Below, piece by piece: positions 54,881-64,000 of a stretch of 64,000 nucleotides of DNA. The notes beneath the pieces are model-generated. The model did not search any database, was not told the origin of the DNA, and was given only the letters and a program-made list of their open reading frames with translations. Source of the stretch: Candidatus Shapirobacteria bacterium. GTDB lineage: Bacteria > Patescibacteriota > Microgenomatia > UBA12405. How positions within the stretch are numbered: the first letter of the stretch is position 1; each line of letters opens with the position of its first letter. The position numbers and the translations under genes were made by a program. The DNA lies in contig JBAYIT010000003.1 in the NCBI GenBank assembly GCA_041665485.1, positions 67,146-131,145 on the forward strand, in the 5' to 3' direction.

Positions 54881-56184
54881 GCGTGAACCTCCTTTCGGGG
54901 CGATTTAGCCGTTGCTTTGGCGGTGGCCGAGTTTCTGGAGATCGAAGACGAATTGTCAGCCGTTATAACGTTGATTATTTGGCCTCCTAACTTTTTTAAC
55001 TTTCCATTACCAGAGGTATAAAACATCATGTTAGTTATTAATGAAGGGGTCTTAAGTAAGGTTAAAAATAGACCAATGGCCACGGCAATCGATATCAATG
55101 AGTTATTCGAGTGTTCCGGTAGGGCCAGAAACGACGACGCCAACTGAATCACCACCACATGCACAAAAACTATAAAAATAGTCGCCACATATGATTTAGT
55201 TGCAATTTCTGCAAAATCCGAAAACTTAGGTATTGTCCATAAAAGAAATACAAAAGGAGAAAGTACTGCCCCCAATGACACAAAAATTAACCTGGTTATA
55301 TACATGAAAAGTAAAACAATAGCCACGATTAAAAAGATAATTAAAAATATAAGAGTAATTAAAGGGGTGGTTCCGGTTATCAGAGTAGTTGGGTTGATAA
55401 TATTGACCACCCACGAGTGACTTAAGCCACCAGTCGAATTCAATACCGCACTAACCAAAGCGTTACAAGTAATGATTGTATAATCGGCCAAAAACAATGA
55501 GATGTTGGCGCCCAAAAAGAATAAGCCAAGCCGAGGCAAAATTTGTTTAAACTCGACTTCTTCAAAGCCAAAAGTATCAGCACTCATCAAATGAAGCCCC
55601 AAAACCGCCGCTACCACCACAAACAGCGAATCAACGATCCCCAACGATATCATCCAAAAATTAACGATTACCTGATTTGAGAGCAAATTCGGGGTAGTAG
55701 TCAGATAACCAAGGATGCCGTCAACAATCGGTCTGGTTGCACTCTCCACAATGTTTTGCATGAAAGCAGACATGGCATCAATTAATACTTGGGTTAATCC
55801 GTCACTTGGTTTAACTGAATTAAGGGGGGCGAGAGTGATCGCCGGAGTAGTTCCGCTACCCGACCCTGACGACAAAGCGTTGCTAAAAAGGGAAATTAAA
55901 ACTCCGGAGACGAGCACTATCACCAGGCCCATCATCGTATTTCGAATCGTTTGTTTGGCCGAGATTAATGATTGTGGATTACCACTTGAGGTTAAATATT
56001 GATAACCAGCTTTGATTAAGAAAAACACCCCCGCTATTCCCGCAATTGCCGTAATAATCGTTAAAGTATCATTGGTATAAGTCGTTATTTCACTTGCCGT
56101 CGTGACTGCTAGAACTTGCCTGGAGGCCGCCAAACTCATGCTTAAAAACCCAATCACAGATACTAGAACTCTTCGTAAGAACAT
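54877..56184 (-). CDS. Fusion of VirB2-like pilin N-domain with VirB6/TrbL-like polytopic membrane domain
   Basis: The first ~100 aa, IITAIAGIAGVFFLIKAGYQYLTSSGNPQSL...LVIVLVSG, parallel the adjacent pilin (GLISAGFFVWGGIGYITSSGNPEAL...LAIVLGA). At least six TM helices follow. Confidence 0.5.
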   Translation of the reverse strand: MFLRRVLVSVIGFLSMSLAASRQVLAVTTASEITTYTNDTLTIITAIAGIAGVFFLIKAGYQYLTSSGNPQSLISAKQTIRNTMMGLVIVLVSGVLISLFSNALSSGSGSGTTPAITLAPLNSVKPSDGLTQVLIDAMSAFMQNIVESATRPIVDGILGYLTTTPNLLSNQVIVNFWMISLGIVDSLFVVVAAVLGLHLMSADTFGFEEVEFKQILPRLGLFFLGANISLFLADYTIITCNALVSAVLNSTGGLSHSWVVNIINPTTLITGTTPLITLIFLIIFLIVAIVLLFMYITRLIFVSLGAVLSPFVFLLWTIPKFSDFAEIATKSYVATIFIVFVHVVVIQLASSFLALPEHSNNSLISIAVAIGLFLTLLKTPSLITNMMFYTSGNGKLKKLGGQIINVITADNSSSISRNSATAKATAKSPRKEVHA

Positions 56185-56193
56185 AAGAACACT

Positions 56194-56532
56194 TTATTGA
56201 GTTGTTGAACCACCAAAAGCACCGGTGGCCAATTGGGTTACTACCGTGGAGAGAACAAAAGCTCCCAAAACAATGGCTAAACCAATTGCTGAATAAAGGA
56301 TTGTTTTCTTTGATCGGTCTAAAGCTTCTGGATTACCAGAACTAGTAATATAACCAATTCCTCCCCAGACAAAAAAGCCAGCCGAAATTAGACCAGCCAG
56401 GGTTACTAACACCTGTATCACTCCTTGGATAAAGGTTTCGATCTTAATAACATCGGCCGACACCGCCAAGGTGGGTGTTGCCAAGAGAAGGAAAGATAGT
56501 AATGTACCGGAAAGTACCATTATCTTTTTCAT
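56194..56532 (-). CDS. VirB2/TrbC-like T4SS pilin
   Basis: A signal peptide precedes two hydrophobic helices with a conserved GGIGYITSSGNPE loop. Confidence 0.55.
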   Translation of the reverse strand: MKKIMVLSGTLLSFLLLATPTLAVSADVIKIETFIQGVIQVLVTLAGLISAGFFVWGGIGYITSSGNPEALDRSKKTILYSAIGLAIVLGAFVLSTVVTQLATGAFGGSTTQ

Positions 56533-56859
56533 ATAAAATGACTTTGTAAATTTATAACTGATACAGTATATAATATATAAATCTAGTTTGTATCTTTTAT
56601 AACAAATACTCTAAGTCAAGTCAATCACTTATCCCCATACTTTTCGAAAATTTCAAAGCTCTTAAATCTTTTCACTCTTCGAGTGGCGCCTGGGGCGCCG
56701 AAATAATAATAAATTTCCATTAATGTTATAAAATCCCGCACCCATTATTTAAGAAATCGTTCATCATTTTATCCCATGAAAATCACTTAAATTTCCAAAA
56801 AATGATTTGTATTGATAACATAAAAGATCAAATAGACATGAAACTTTTATCGGATCTTA

Positions 56860-56887
56860 TTGACATTTTGTAAATTAGTATTATATT
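56860..56887 (+). promoter_or_regulatory. Sigma70-like promoter for the ArgS-like gene cluster
   Basis: TTGACA (56860-56865), a 16-nt spacer and TATATT (56882-56887) lie about 30 nt upstream of the ATG at 56919. Confidence 0.35.
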
Positions 56888-56918
56888 AGAACTCACAATA
56901 TCATTTTCTAGTATTTAC

Positions 56919-59165
56919 ATGATCAAACAAGAACGAATAATTGACGGACCCGAAAGAGAGCATTTAATTGCTAAATTATGGAATGAAAGAAGAGGTCGTG
57001 TGCCTTCTCAATCACTTCAGTCTACTTCTTTATTTATTACAGTTCCATCAATGGATGTGTCAATAGATGAAGTGTTTAATGGACTACTTAATGCCATGGT
57101 CTCTTCAAACACAGACATGCTATATAAATGGGCAAGCAATTGGGGACAAACTAGAATTACGGTTCATGCTCAAAAAGGACTGTCTTTTCAATATATGAAT
57201 CGACTATCCAGAGAAGCTAAAAGTTACGAATTTTTGACAACAAATGCACTGATCGATCCGAAAAGAACTTTTGGAAATTCGCAAAACGATAATCATGCAA
57301 AATACCACATTCTTTTGGGTGATTCACCTGTGAGAATTGAAGGTGCAATACTACAAGCAGAAAGGATGATGGATGAGCTTGTTTGGTGTGTGAGCGAAAA
57401 GAAAAAACTTGAAGGGATGGGAGAGTTGGAAGCTTATGGAGCAGCTTTAACTGATGTAAAAGAAAATGGTTTCGACTTTAGATATGTTTCTGCGGAAGAC
57501 ATATTAGCACTAAAACAAGAAGAACCAGAATTGGCGGTGAGAATTTATGGTAATTTCTTGAATCGAGAAACGGTGCCTCAAATAGTAGGGGCAATTTGTC
57601 CCTTGGATAAAGAAATTACACTACCTGAAGAAAATCTCAGCGACCTACCTACAATTAGGGGTTTAGAAAAATCTCCCAAAAGCAGTGAAAAAAAGGAAAA
57701 TGTAGACAACCAAATTCCTTTTGTGGCAATAGGAATAACACTTGCTAAACAACCCCATATAGGTCATATGTTGTTGGCAAGTATTGCTGCTTCCACAAGC
57801 CGAATACTAGACAATGCACCCATATGTATTGATGGCAACGATACTGGACCTAGAGTCAATGCGGCTATCAAATATGGTGCGAGAGTATTGGGGGTTTCAA
57901 CGCAACAAGTTATAAAAGGTATAACGGACGGGACAATTGGGATTAGCACAGTGGAAGAGTGGTACAGAGACAGAAAAAATATTGATGATAGAACGATAAT
58001 TCAAGATTCGAAGATCGAGGGTGAGTTGTCTTTGGTTCAACAAGCAAGAAACACTCAAAGAATATTTAAAGATTTTTTTGGTGATAAATCAGATGTAAAG
58101 ATAATACTTGAGAGTCAAATATTGGAAGAAACCGATCAATATTTAGAAGTTGGTGATAGTTGTTGGTCAGGTACAGGTTTTAGCTGTATTAATATGGGCA
58201 ATAGATTACTCATTTTGGAAAGAGAGGGTAATCCATCTTCTGAAGCTATAAGAGCAACATTTATTGGATGTGCAGCAAAACAACTCCAAAGAGGGAAAGC
58301 TTACTTTGTTGATTCAGATCCTCAATTAAAGGATGTCTTTCATGTAAATAAATTAGCTACGAGTAAAGATAATGTTCAAATACCTGGAACTGCTATTGGA
58401 TTTAATTTTGAGATTGCTTCTGGTACTTCAGGTAATTCAATGCCCATGGAGGCATTTTTATCTTGGTATAAAGAGAAATATCCAAACTCAGATGTGGTTG
58501 CTGATATTTCATATTTGGTTCATACAAGATATCAAGTACTTCCTTTCAATGAACCTTCTTTCTTTAATTATAAGGACATTGAATCATTTTTAACTGATGT
58601 CCAACGCAGTCACGACGAGAGAACTATATTTATTAAGGAGACGGAAGGTGCTCTTTTTAAATTAAAAGAAAAGTTAAACGCTGATTCGGACAATACAAGT
58701 TTTTCAGGTGAAAAGAAAGAAAGAAAGAGAGGTCAATATGTCTTAAACATTCTAAGAGAAATTAAAGACTCTTTAATAAACGGAAGTGCGGAAGTTTATT
58801 CTCAAGCAGAAAACCTGAAAGAATCCCCAGAAGTTTGCCAAGCGATTGACTTAAAGGCAAATGAAAGACAAATAACTAAAGAGGAAGCGCGGTTAACAGT
58901 GCTTAAGGAAATAGCTTTGGATAATTCTAATCTAGATTCAAGATTCATAAATCAACTTAAAAATCAGGGTTTTAGGACTGGAGAAGAACTGGCAACTGCC
59001 TTGGAAGTTTTATGTTCCAGAGGTTTAGGATTAGCAAGGTTAACAAATGTTCTGTATGCAACGGCAAATTATTTAATAGAAGTTAGCAACAGAGTAGAAG
59101 TGATCGATAAGAACACCTTAAAAATGCTTAATAATTTACATGAAATTGTAGTCGGAAAAATATAA
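56919..59165 (+). CDS. Divergent class-I aaRS-like protein (ArgS-like HIGH region) with unique N-terminal ~270 aa
   Basis: FVAIGITLAKQPHIGHMLLASIAASTSRIL aligns with the ArgS HIGH region P.HVGH.......D.L.RLL. The genuine argS is elsewhere in the window. No clear KMSKS motif was found. Confidence 0.4.
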   Translation: MIKQERIIDGPEREHLIAKLWNERRGRVPSQSLQSTSLFITVPSMDVSIDEVFNGLLNAMVSSNTDMLYKWASNWGQTRITVHAQKGLSFQYMNRLSREAKSYEFLTTNALIDPKRTFGNSQNDNHAKYHILLGDSPVRIEGAILQAERMMDELVWCVSEKKKLEGMGELEAYGAALTDVKENGFDFRYVSAEDILALKQEEPELAVRIYGNFLNRETVPQIVGAICPLDKEITLPEENLSDLPTIRGLEKSPKSSEKKENVDNQIPFVAIGITLAKQPHIGHMLLASIAASTSRILDNAPICIDGNDTGPRVNAAIKYGARVLGVSTQQVIKGITDGTIGISTVEEWYRDRKNIDDRTIIQDSKIEGELSLVQQARNTQRIFKDFFGDKSDVKIILESQILEETDQYLEVGDSCWSGTGFSCINMGNRLLILEREGNPSSEAIRATFIGCAAKQLQRGKAYFVDSDPQLKDVFHVNKLATSKDNVQIPGTAIGFNFEIASGTSGNSMPMEAFLSWYKEKYPNSDVVADISYLVHTRYQVLPFNEPSFFNYKDIESFLTDVQRSHDERTIFIKETEGALFKLKEKLNADSDNTSFSGEKKERKRGQYVLNILREIKDSLINGSAEVYSQAENLKESPEVCQAIDLKANERQITKEEARLTVLKEIALDNSNLDSRFINQLKNQGFRTGEELATALEVLCSRGLGLARLTNVLYATANYLIEVSNRVEVIDKNTLKMLNNLHEIVVGKI

Positions 59166-60274
59166 TGCCAGAAAAGTTTTCATACTTCTTTGATTCTGAG
59201 AAATTTGCCTTACCTTTTGACGCCAAATGGATTGGTTCCTTGTCAATACTTTCAGGAGGACAGGTACAGACAACAATGATTCACTCCAGAGATGGTGTGA
59301 TTCACATATCACCGGCTTTAAGTAGAGAAACAAACGAAAATGAAGCAATTATTTGCAGCAGATGGATTCATCCTAAAAAAGGACTACTAACCGCAAATCA
59401 GCAAAATTTAGCTAAAAGTGACATTGTTACTATTCCTAAGGTAAAAGTTGTCGGAGATGTAAGGCCAAGAAACGGCGTTTCTTATCCCTTTTGGTTGGAA
59501 GAGGAAGTCGAAGGTAAATTACTAAATCAAGTAGTTTTAGAGGGAAAACCAACTTTGGGAATTTATAGGAAATTAGTAAAGTGGATGGCTGAGTTTCACT
59601 CGCCTACTGAAGGAAAAACCAGTCTTAAAGCCAACTACAATTGTAGATTGGGGTCTATCGAATCGATTTTAAAAAACGATGAAGAGTTGAGAAATTGCTT
59701 GGGTCCTCAACGTATTGAAGCAATTAATAGGCTATTAATTCTGGCAAAACAAAACATTGCAAGCTCGATTGACGAAAACGAATTAGTGGATAAAATTCAT
59801 GGCGACCTAAGAGGTAATAATGTCATGATAAATGAAAAAAGTGTCTCTGTGATCGACTTTGAACAAGGACTCTTCGGAGGAGATTGGTATTACGATTTAG
59901 AAAAGCTTTTACTAATTGAAAAACATGACCAACCAGATGTTAATAAGCCATATATGTATTTTCCAAATTTAAGCCAGAAACAAAAATATTCACTAGTCAA
60001 AACTTATTCGAAAGAAAGAGCAGCCAGAGGCTGGGAATTACCAACAATAATGCAGAATTACTTGAAAAGTCATGATCCGATTGCCTTTGAATCAAGAAGA
60101 CAACTTTATGATATTGAAAATGCTCTATCTATAATGATTTTTAGACATTTAATGGGCTGGGATTTTGGAATTAGTCCAGACGGGTCAAATAGAAGAGGTG
60201 TTAACTTTATTGCAGATTTAGTGATTCAAAATTATAATCACCTTATTTTCCAGAAAAACAATGAAACAGAATAA
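59165..60274 (+). CDS. APH/protein-kinase-like fold phosphotransferase
   Basis: The Brenner motif is IHGDLRGNNVMI and the DFE motif is VIDFEQG. Confidence 0.6.
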   Translation: MPEKFSYFFDSEKFALPFDAKWIGSLSILSGGQVQTTMIHSRDGVIHISPALSRETNENEAIICSRWIHPKKGLLTANQQNLAKSDIVTIPKVKVVGDVRPRNGVSYPFWLEEEVEGKLLNQVVLEGKPTLGIYRKLVKWMAEFHSPTEGKTSLKANYNCRLGSIESILKNDEELRNCLGPQRIEAINRLLILAKQNIASSIDENELVDKIHGDLRGNNVMINEKSVSVIDFEQGLFGGDWYYDLEKLLLIEKHDQPDVNKPYMYFPNLSQKQKYSLVKTYSKERAARGWELPTIMQNYLKSHDPIAFESRRQLYDIENALSIMIFRHLMGWDFGISPDGSNRRGVNFIADLVIQNYNHLIFQKNNETE

Positions 60275-61673
60275 TGAAATTAATATCCTAATAATCGGAG
60301 GAAGTGGTTTTTGGTCCGAAAAGAACCACTATCCTGCTATTCTCAAACTTCAAGAAAAGGGACTACCCGTAAAGGTCAGACTAATTTGTGATATTAGAAA
60401 TCCTCGTGAAGAGGCAAACCGAAAATATTTACCTGAAATATTTAGAATCAATGACCCAAAGTGGATTAATCCTAACGAGACAAGTTTGAACCAGCTTGGA
60501 AAAATTTGTAAAAAAGAGAAGATTAACATGGTGATTGTATCGACTAATCCGGCGTTTCATTATACCTACTGCAAATGGGCGGTGAAAAACAACTTAAATG
60601 TTTTGTGCGATAAACCTTTGGTGGTTAATTTTAATTCTGCTTCAGATATAAAAGCTGCAAGAAAAAACGAAAAGCTATATCAGGAATTAAAATCATTTGT
60701 ACTCAAAAAGCAACAAAAGAATAAGAGGTATTTATTCTGCTTACCCTTAAGAAGAAGAGTTTTGACGCCTTATGTATTTGTGGCAAAACAATTAGAGGCA
60801 GTTAACAAGAATACAGGAGAAGGAATCAGATATTTAAATATAATTGTAAACGGAGGAATATTTAAATACCCAATCGAGTTATTAGGCGGTGGATCGCATG
60901 GATATCTTGATGGCGTAGGATCATTGTCACATTCTAGTTATCACTATATTGATGTATTAGCTTGGTATCTCCAGGTTGCCCAAGGAAAGGCTAAAAAGAT
61001 AAAAATTAATTTGACAAATCTTATTCGGGTCCATGATTATTTAAGAACCAAAACTTATCAAAATTTAAGAAATATTGTTGAGGATGAATCAAATAATTTT
61101 GAAGACGAATTAGCATTGCCAGAACAAGTGCTAAACTCCGAGCTCGATTTTACATTTACTCTTAAGTTACTTGATGAAAACAATAATCAAGTAGGTATGG
61201 CTGAATATACTTGCAACCATACATCTTTTTGTCCCCGTGAAGTTAAATATCAACCAGGTGTATTGGAACCTGCAAATTACTTGCATGGCGGTAGAATGTC
61301 GCATGTATATCTTGATATCCATCAAGGAGCATTACAGAATTGGCAGATAATCAAAAATGATGTCGTGTTTGAGGGGAACAATATTACGGTTATTGGGCGA
61401 CAGCATCCATATGTTGGCAAAAAGTATATAAAAAAGGTGTTCAGGGATGCTTATGATAAAAATACATTAACACCAACTGATTTGATTGAATCATTCGTCA
61501 ATTATACTTTGGGAGAAAAATTATTAAGCAAGAAGATGAATTTACTATCCTCTTTTAATAACCAAGATCTGACCAACAAGATATTTTGCAAATTCTACGA
61601 AAAAATAGCTGAAGAATATTACAATCAAACACATAGACGAAAAATTCATATAAACTCAATTATAAATATTTAA
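60261..61673 (+). CDS. Gfo/Idh/MocA-family NAD(P)-dependent oxidoreductase
   Basis: A Rossmann motif ILIIGGSGF is at the N-terminus. The family motif VLCDKPL (EKP-like) is present, followed by a C-terminal alpha/beta domain. Confidence 0.55.
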   Translation: MKQNNEINILIIGGSGFWSEKNHYPAILKLQEKGLPVKVRLICDIRNPREEANRKYLPEIFRINDPKWINPNETSLNQLGKICKKEKINMVIVSTNPAFHYTYCKWAVKNNLNVLCDKPLVVNFNSASDIKAARKNEKLYQELKSFVLKKQQKNKRYLFCLPLRRRVLTPYVFVAKQLEAVNKNTGEGIRYLNIIVNGGIFKYPIELLGGGSHGYLDGVGSLSHSSYHYIDVLAWYLQVAQGKAKKIKINLTNLIRVHDYLRTKTYQNLRNIVEDESNNFEDELALPEQVLNSELDFTFTLKLLDENNNQVGMAEYTCNHTSFCPREVKYQPGVLEPANYLHGGRMSHVYLDIHQGALQNWQIIKNDVVFEGNNITVIGRQHPYVGKKYIKKVFRDAYDKNTLTPTDLIESFVNYTLGEKLLSKKMNLLSSFNNQDLTNKIFCKFYEKIAEEYYNQTHRRKIHINSIINI

Positions 61674-61679
61674 TAAATT

Positions 61680-62120
61680 ATGGACCAATGCGATTTCTGT
61701 GATTCAGAAGTATTAAAAAAACAAGGTGTTTATGAAGATGAATATATTATAGCTATATATCCACAAAAACCAATAATCTATCATCATTTTATAATATTTC
61801 CAAAAAGACATTCTCAGTTAGTAACTGAGATGACTGCTAAAGAAATTGCAGCAATGAACAAAGTTTTTGAGCGAATCTATAAAAATTATAAAAAGGAAAA
61901 CAAATGTATTGGTTACAATTTGTCTAGCAACAACGGATCTCCCAAGGTCGGACAAACAGTAGCCCATTGTCACTTCCATATTTATTTAAGGTTTGAAGAC
62001 GAAAAGGTGTCCCCCTATAAGGTCATGGGTGATATGTCGCTGAGGGATGTATTATCGGAAGATGAGTGGGAATTAAGAAAGAAAAAGGTTTCAGAAATAA
62101 TAAACAATAATGAAGTTTGA
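61680..62120 (+). CDS. HIT-family nucleotide hydrolase/transferase
   Basis: The histidine triad is HCHFHIY. An N-terminal CDFC is present. Confidence 0.75.
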   Translation: MDQCDFCDSEVLKKQGVYEDEYIIAIYPQKPIIYHHFIIFPKRHSQLVTEMTAKEIAAMNKVFERIYKNYKKENKCIGYNLSSNNGSPKVGQTVAHCHFHIYLRFEDEKVSPYKVMGDMSLRDVLSEDEWELRKKKVSEIINNNEV

Positions 62121-62796
62121 GACTACCGTAGGCGTTAAAAAGTTGTGTTTTGATTCTGAGGTTAATGGATTAATCGCTAATGGCCAAGAATATGAAATGA
62201 GTAATGATGGAGGATTAATTTATGACAAAGTTAAAGATATAAAGTCAGATCAAGTGACTACTCAAATGTCTTCTGACACCAGCACACTGATACCTAGCTT
62301 TATGATCCTGGATTGGGTATATAACCCATATTTTGACGAAAGAAATGTTGTTGAGTCGCAGAATGATATAACCTTTTATTGGAATAAATCTAAGCTTGCA
62401 GCTTTTTATAACCTTTATGCTACAGATGAACTCAAGTACAAAAAGAGAGAAGAAACAATAAGAGATGCCATAAATTTCTTATTAAGCACTAGCAAAGACT
62501 TAAGGTTAAACGATGAATATCTCAATAAGTTATCTGAACCATGTATTTTGGTTGGTTTCTTTCAGGGTTTTCCAGTTTTTGATAGTTCCAAAGGATTGGC
62601 AAAATTACAATCTAGACTAGGCATCCATATCGATTCTGAGTCGATAATGATATCGACACCATTGGATAAATATGAGGGCGATATTTATGATTTAGCCGAA
62701 AAAATATCTGATTTAACGGGCGAAACTTTTAATAGAAAAAAGAATAGAGTTGTTTTTTGTAAAAGCAACAAAATGCTTGAATTAATAACAAAATGA
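62110..62796 (+). CDS. Hypothetical protein (228 aa), last gene of cluster
   Basis: It is an ORF only. It overlaps the HIT gene by 11 nt, suggesting an operon. Confidence 0.35.
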   Translation: MKFETTVGVKKLCFDSEVNGLIANGQEYEMSNDGGLIYDKVKDIKSDQVTTQMSSDTSTLIPSFMILDWVYNPYFDERNVVESQNDITFYWNKSKLAAFYNLYATDELKYKKREETIRDAINFLLSTSKDLRLNDEYLNKLSEPCILVGFFQGFPVFDSSKGLAKLQSRLGIHIDSESIMISTPLDKYEGDIYDLAEKISDLTGETFNRKKNRVVFCKSNKMLELITK

Positions 62797-63223
62797 AAAT
62801 TGCAATTTTAGATAATTATTTTCTTAATGAGTCCAATTATAGAGACTATATTTTTTATACTCTACTTGATGCAGAGTATAAAAAATGAATTATAAAGTCA
62901 TCCGGTTTCAGAAAAAATCATTTTCACACAATATATATTTTGAGAATCTCAAGAATAGCTGATACTACGTATCCGGAAAATGTTTTCTATCTTTTTTATA
63001 AAGATTCTTTTAATTTTAGGTTTACTTATATTATTCTTTCCTACCGGCTGAGCCACATTTTACTCCAACAAAGTTGAGCTCGATTGGCTTTTAAGGGTTT
63101 GCACCTACTCATTTCACAAGGGTTTCGAACTGACCTCTATATAACCTCACTCTATATTTTAAAACATTAAATTTTAAAAAAAAGGGAAAATGGAACTTTT
63201 GGTATGATTCATACATGGCTAAT

Positions 63224-64000
63224 TCACAAAAAAGTGACTTAAAAGAAATCAAAGATTTCTTAACATCGAACTTCAGTGACAATATTGGAGATGTCTTACA
63301 ACTTAATTGTGGCGAAAGGTCGAAAGCTTTTTCCTTTGTCTCATGTGGAATTAAATATGTTTTTAGAATGAACAACCACGACAATGGATTTAAAAAAGAC
63401 GAATTTGCCTTTAAACACTTTTCCGAAAAAGTACCGATACCAAAAATATTAAAAATTGGTACATTCAAAGACAGCTTTTATTCAATTTCCGGATTATGTC
63501 TTGGTAACCCGCTTATTGATGGCAATAAAGAGCTGCCGTCTGTACAAGTCGAAAGCATTATTTCTGCCGCCGATCAAATTCATTCGGTTTCAGTTCCGAA
63601 GTTTACAAACTTTGGCGTCGCCGACATAAACGGAGCTGCCGTATATAAAAGTTGGGAAAAATGGATTTTTAAAAAAAACACGGTCGTTACTAAGGACGAT
63701 GGCAGCTTTTATTCTTGGGAAGAAGTTGAAAAAATCCCGTTTGTAGATGAAAAAACTATTAAAAGCTTAGCTGTTCAAATTAAAAAATTGGTCCATTTTG
63801 TTCCTGAGGAAAGATACCTAATTCACGGTGATTTTGGTCCGGGCAATATCATGATCAATAATGATTTAGTTACCGGTGTGATTGACTGGAATGAATTTGG
63901 TTATGGTGATTTCCTTTTTGATATTGCCTGGCTGGATTTCTGGATATCCAAAACCAATTTTTCTAAAGCTTATAAAAGCCATTTTCAAAAGAAGAATCAA
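63224..64000 (+). CDS. Aminoglycoside-phosphotransferase (APH)-family kinase, partial (runs off window end)
   Basis: Translation from the ATG at 63224 gives ...YLIHGDFGPGNIMINNDLVTGVIDWNEFGYGDFLFDIAWL..., the classic APH HGD...N / IDW..D motifs. It is absent from the ORF track only because no stop falls within the window. Confidence 0.65.

Noticed and set aside
63040-63140. A tRNA-like fragment: a GTGGCTCAGCCGGTAG D-arm-like string on the minus strand and GGGTTTCGAACTG on the plus strand.
   Set aside because: The arms are in the wrong order and on the wrong strands. No complementary D-stem, anticodon or acceptor stem could be built.
63109-63468. A 119 aa minus-strand ORF.
   Set aside because: It overlaps the + strand APH-family gene, whose motifs are unambiguous. 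The minus product has no motifs.

Overview
This is an AT-rich, gene-dense bacterial segment whose content suggests a small-genome, Patescibacteria/CPR-like organism; that assignment is inference. Genes are short, intergenic gaps are small, and there are many small secreted or membrane proteins. The housekeeping backbone is clear: trmD, a GT2/GtrA glycosyltransferase, DsbA-like oxidoreductase, pyruvate kinase, murA, ABC exporters, an L,D-transpeptidase, thermonuclease, Dus, Obg, Era, Lon, ArgS, a phosphohexomutase and a GldA/F/G-like ABC system. Several accessory blocks sit among these. 1) At the left edge is a SipW-type signal peptidase operon with TasA/camelysin-like 'SipW-cognate' N-termini on a 178 aa and a 713 aa secreted protein, followed by an FN3 protein. 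2) A SpNOX-like ferric-reductase/NOX protein has a cytochrome b5-like partner. 3) A compositionally atypical disrupted gene lies next to hairpin-rich direct repeats (17.4-18.9 kb). 4) A two-gene cassette (AAA-wHTH regulator plus NUDIX) is bracketed by a duplicated gene 3' end. 5) A visibly GC-rich foreign secreted-protein gene is flanked by (TTTTTGGACT)n direct repeats. 6) A nucleotide-modifying enzyme island contains a PLD nuclease, three NUDIX, GNAT, ANT(2'')-like nucleotidyltransferase, SpoT-like HD and an AAA_33 kinase. 7) A defence/mobile island begins with an Xis-like HTH gene. It holds a Rad50/RloC-like AAA_13 ATPase with a CxxC zinc hook paired with a DUF2130-like PD-(D/E)xK protein, and an m5C methyltransferase with a BfiI-like PLD restriction enzyme and Vsr. 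It continues into a type IV secretion-like module: M23 hydrolase, split VirB4, a VirB3-like protein, a VirB2-VirB6 fusion and VirB2 pilin. 8) A cluster encodes a divergent ArgS-like HIGH-motif protein, two APH-like kinases, a Gfo/Idh/MocA oxidoreductase and a HIT protein. The last of these, together with the AAA_13/DUF2130 pair, is the best candidate for an undescribed system. No rRNA, tRNA or CRISPR array was found. All calls rest on motif-level reading of the six-frame translations; no database search was run.
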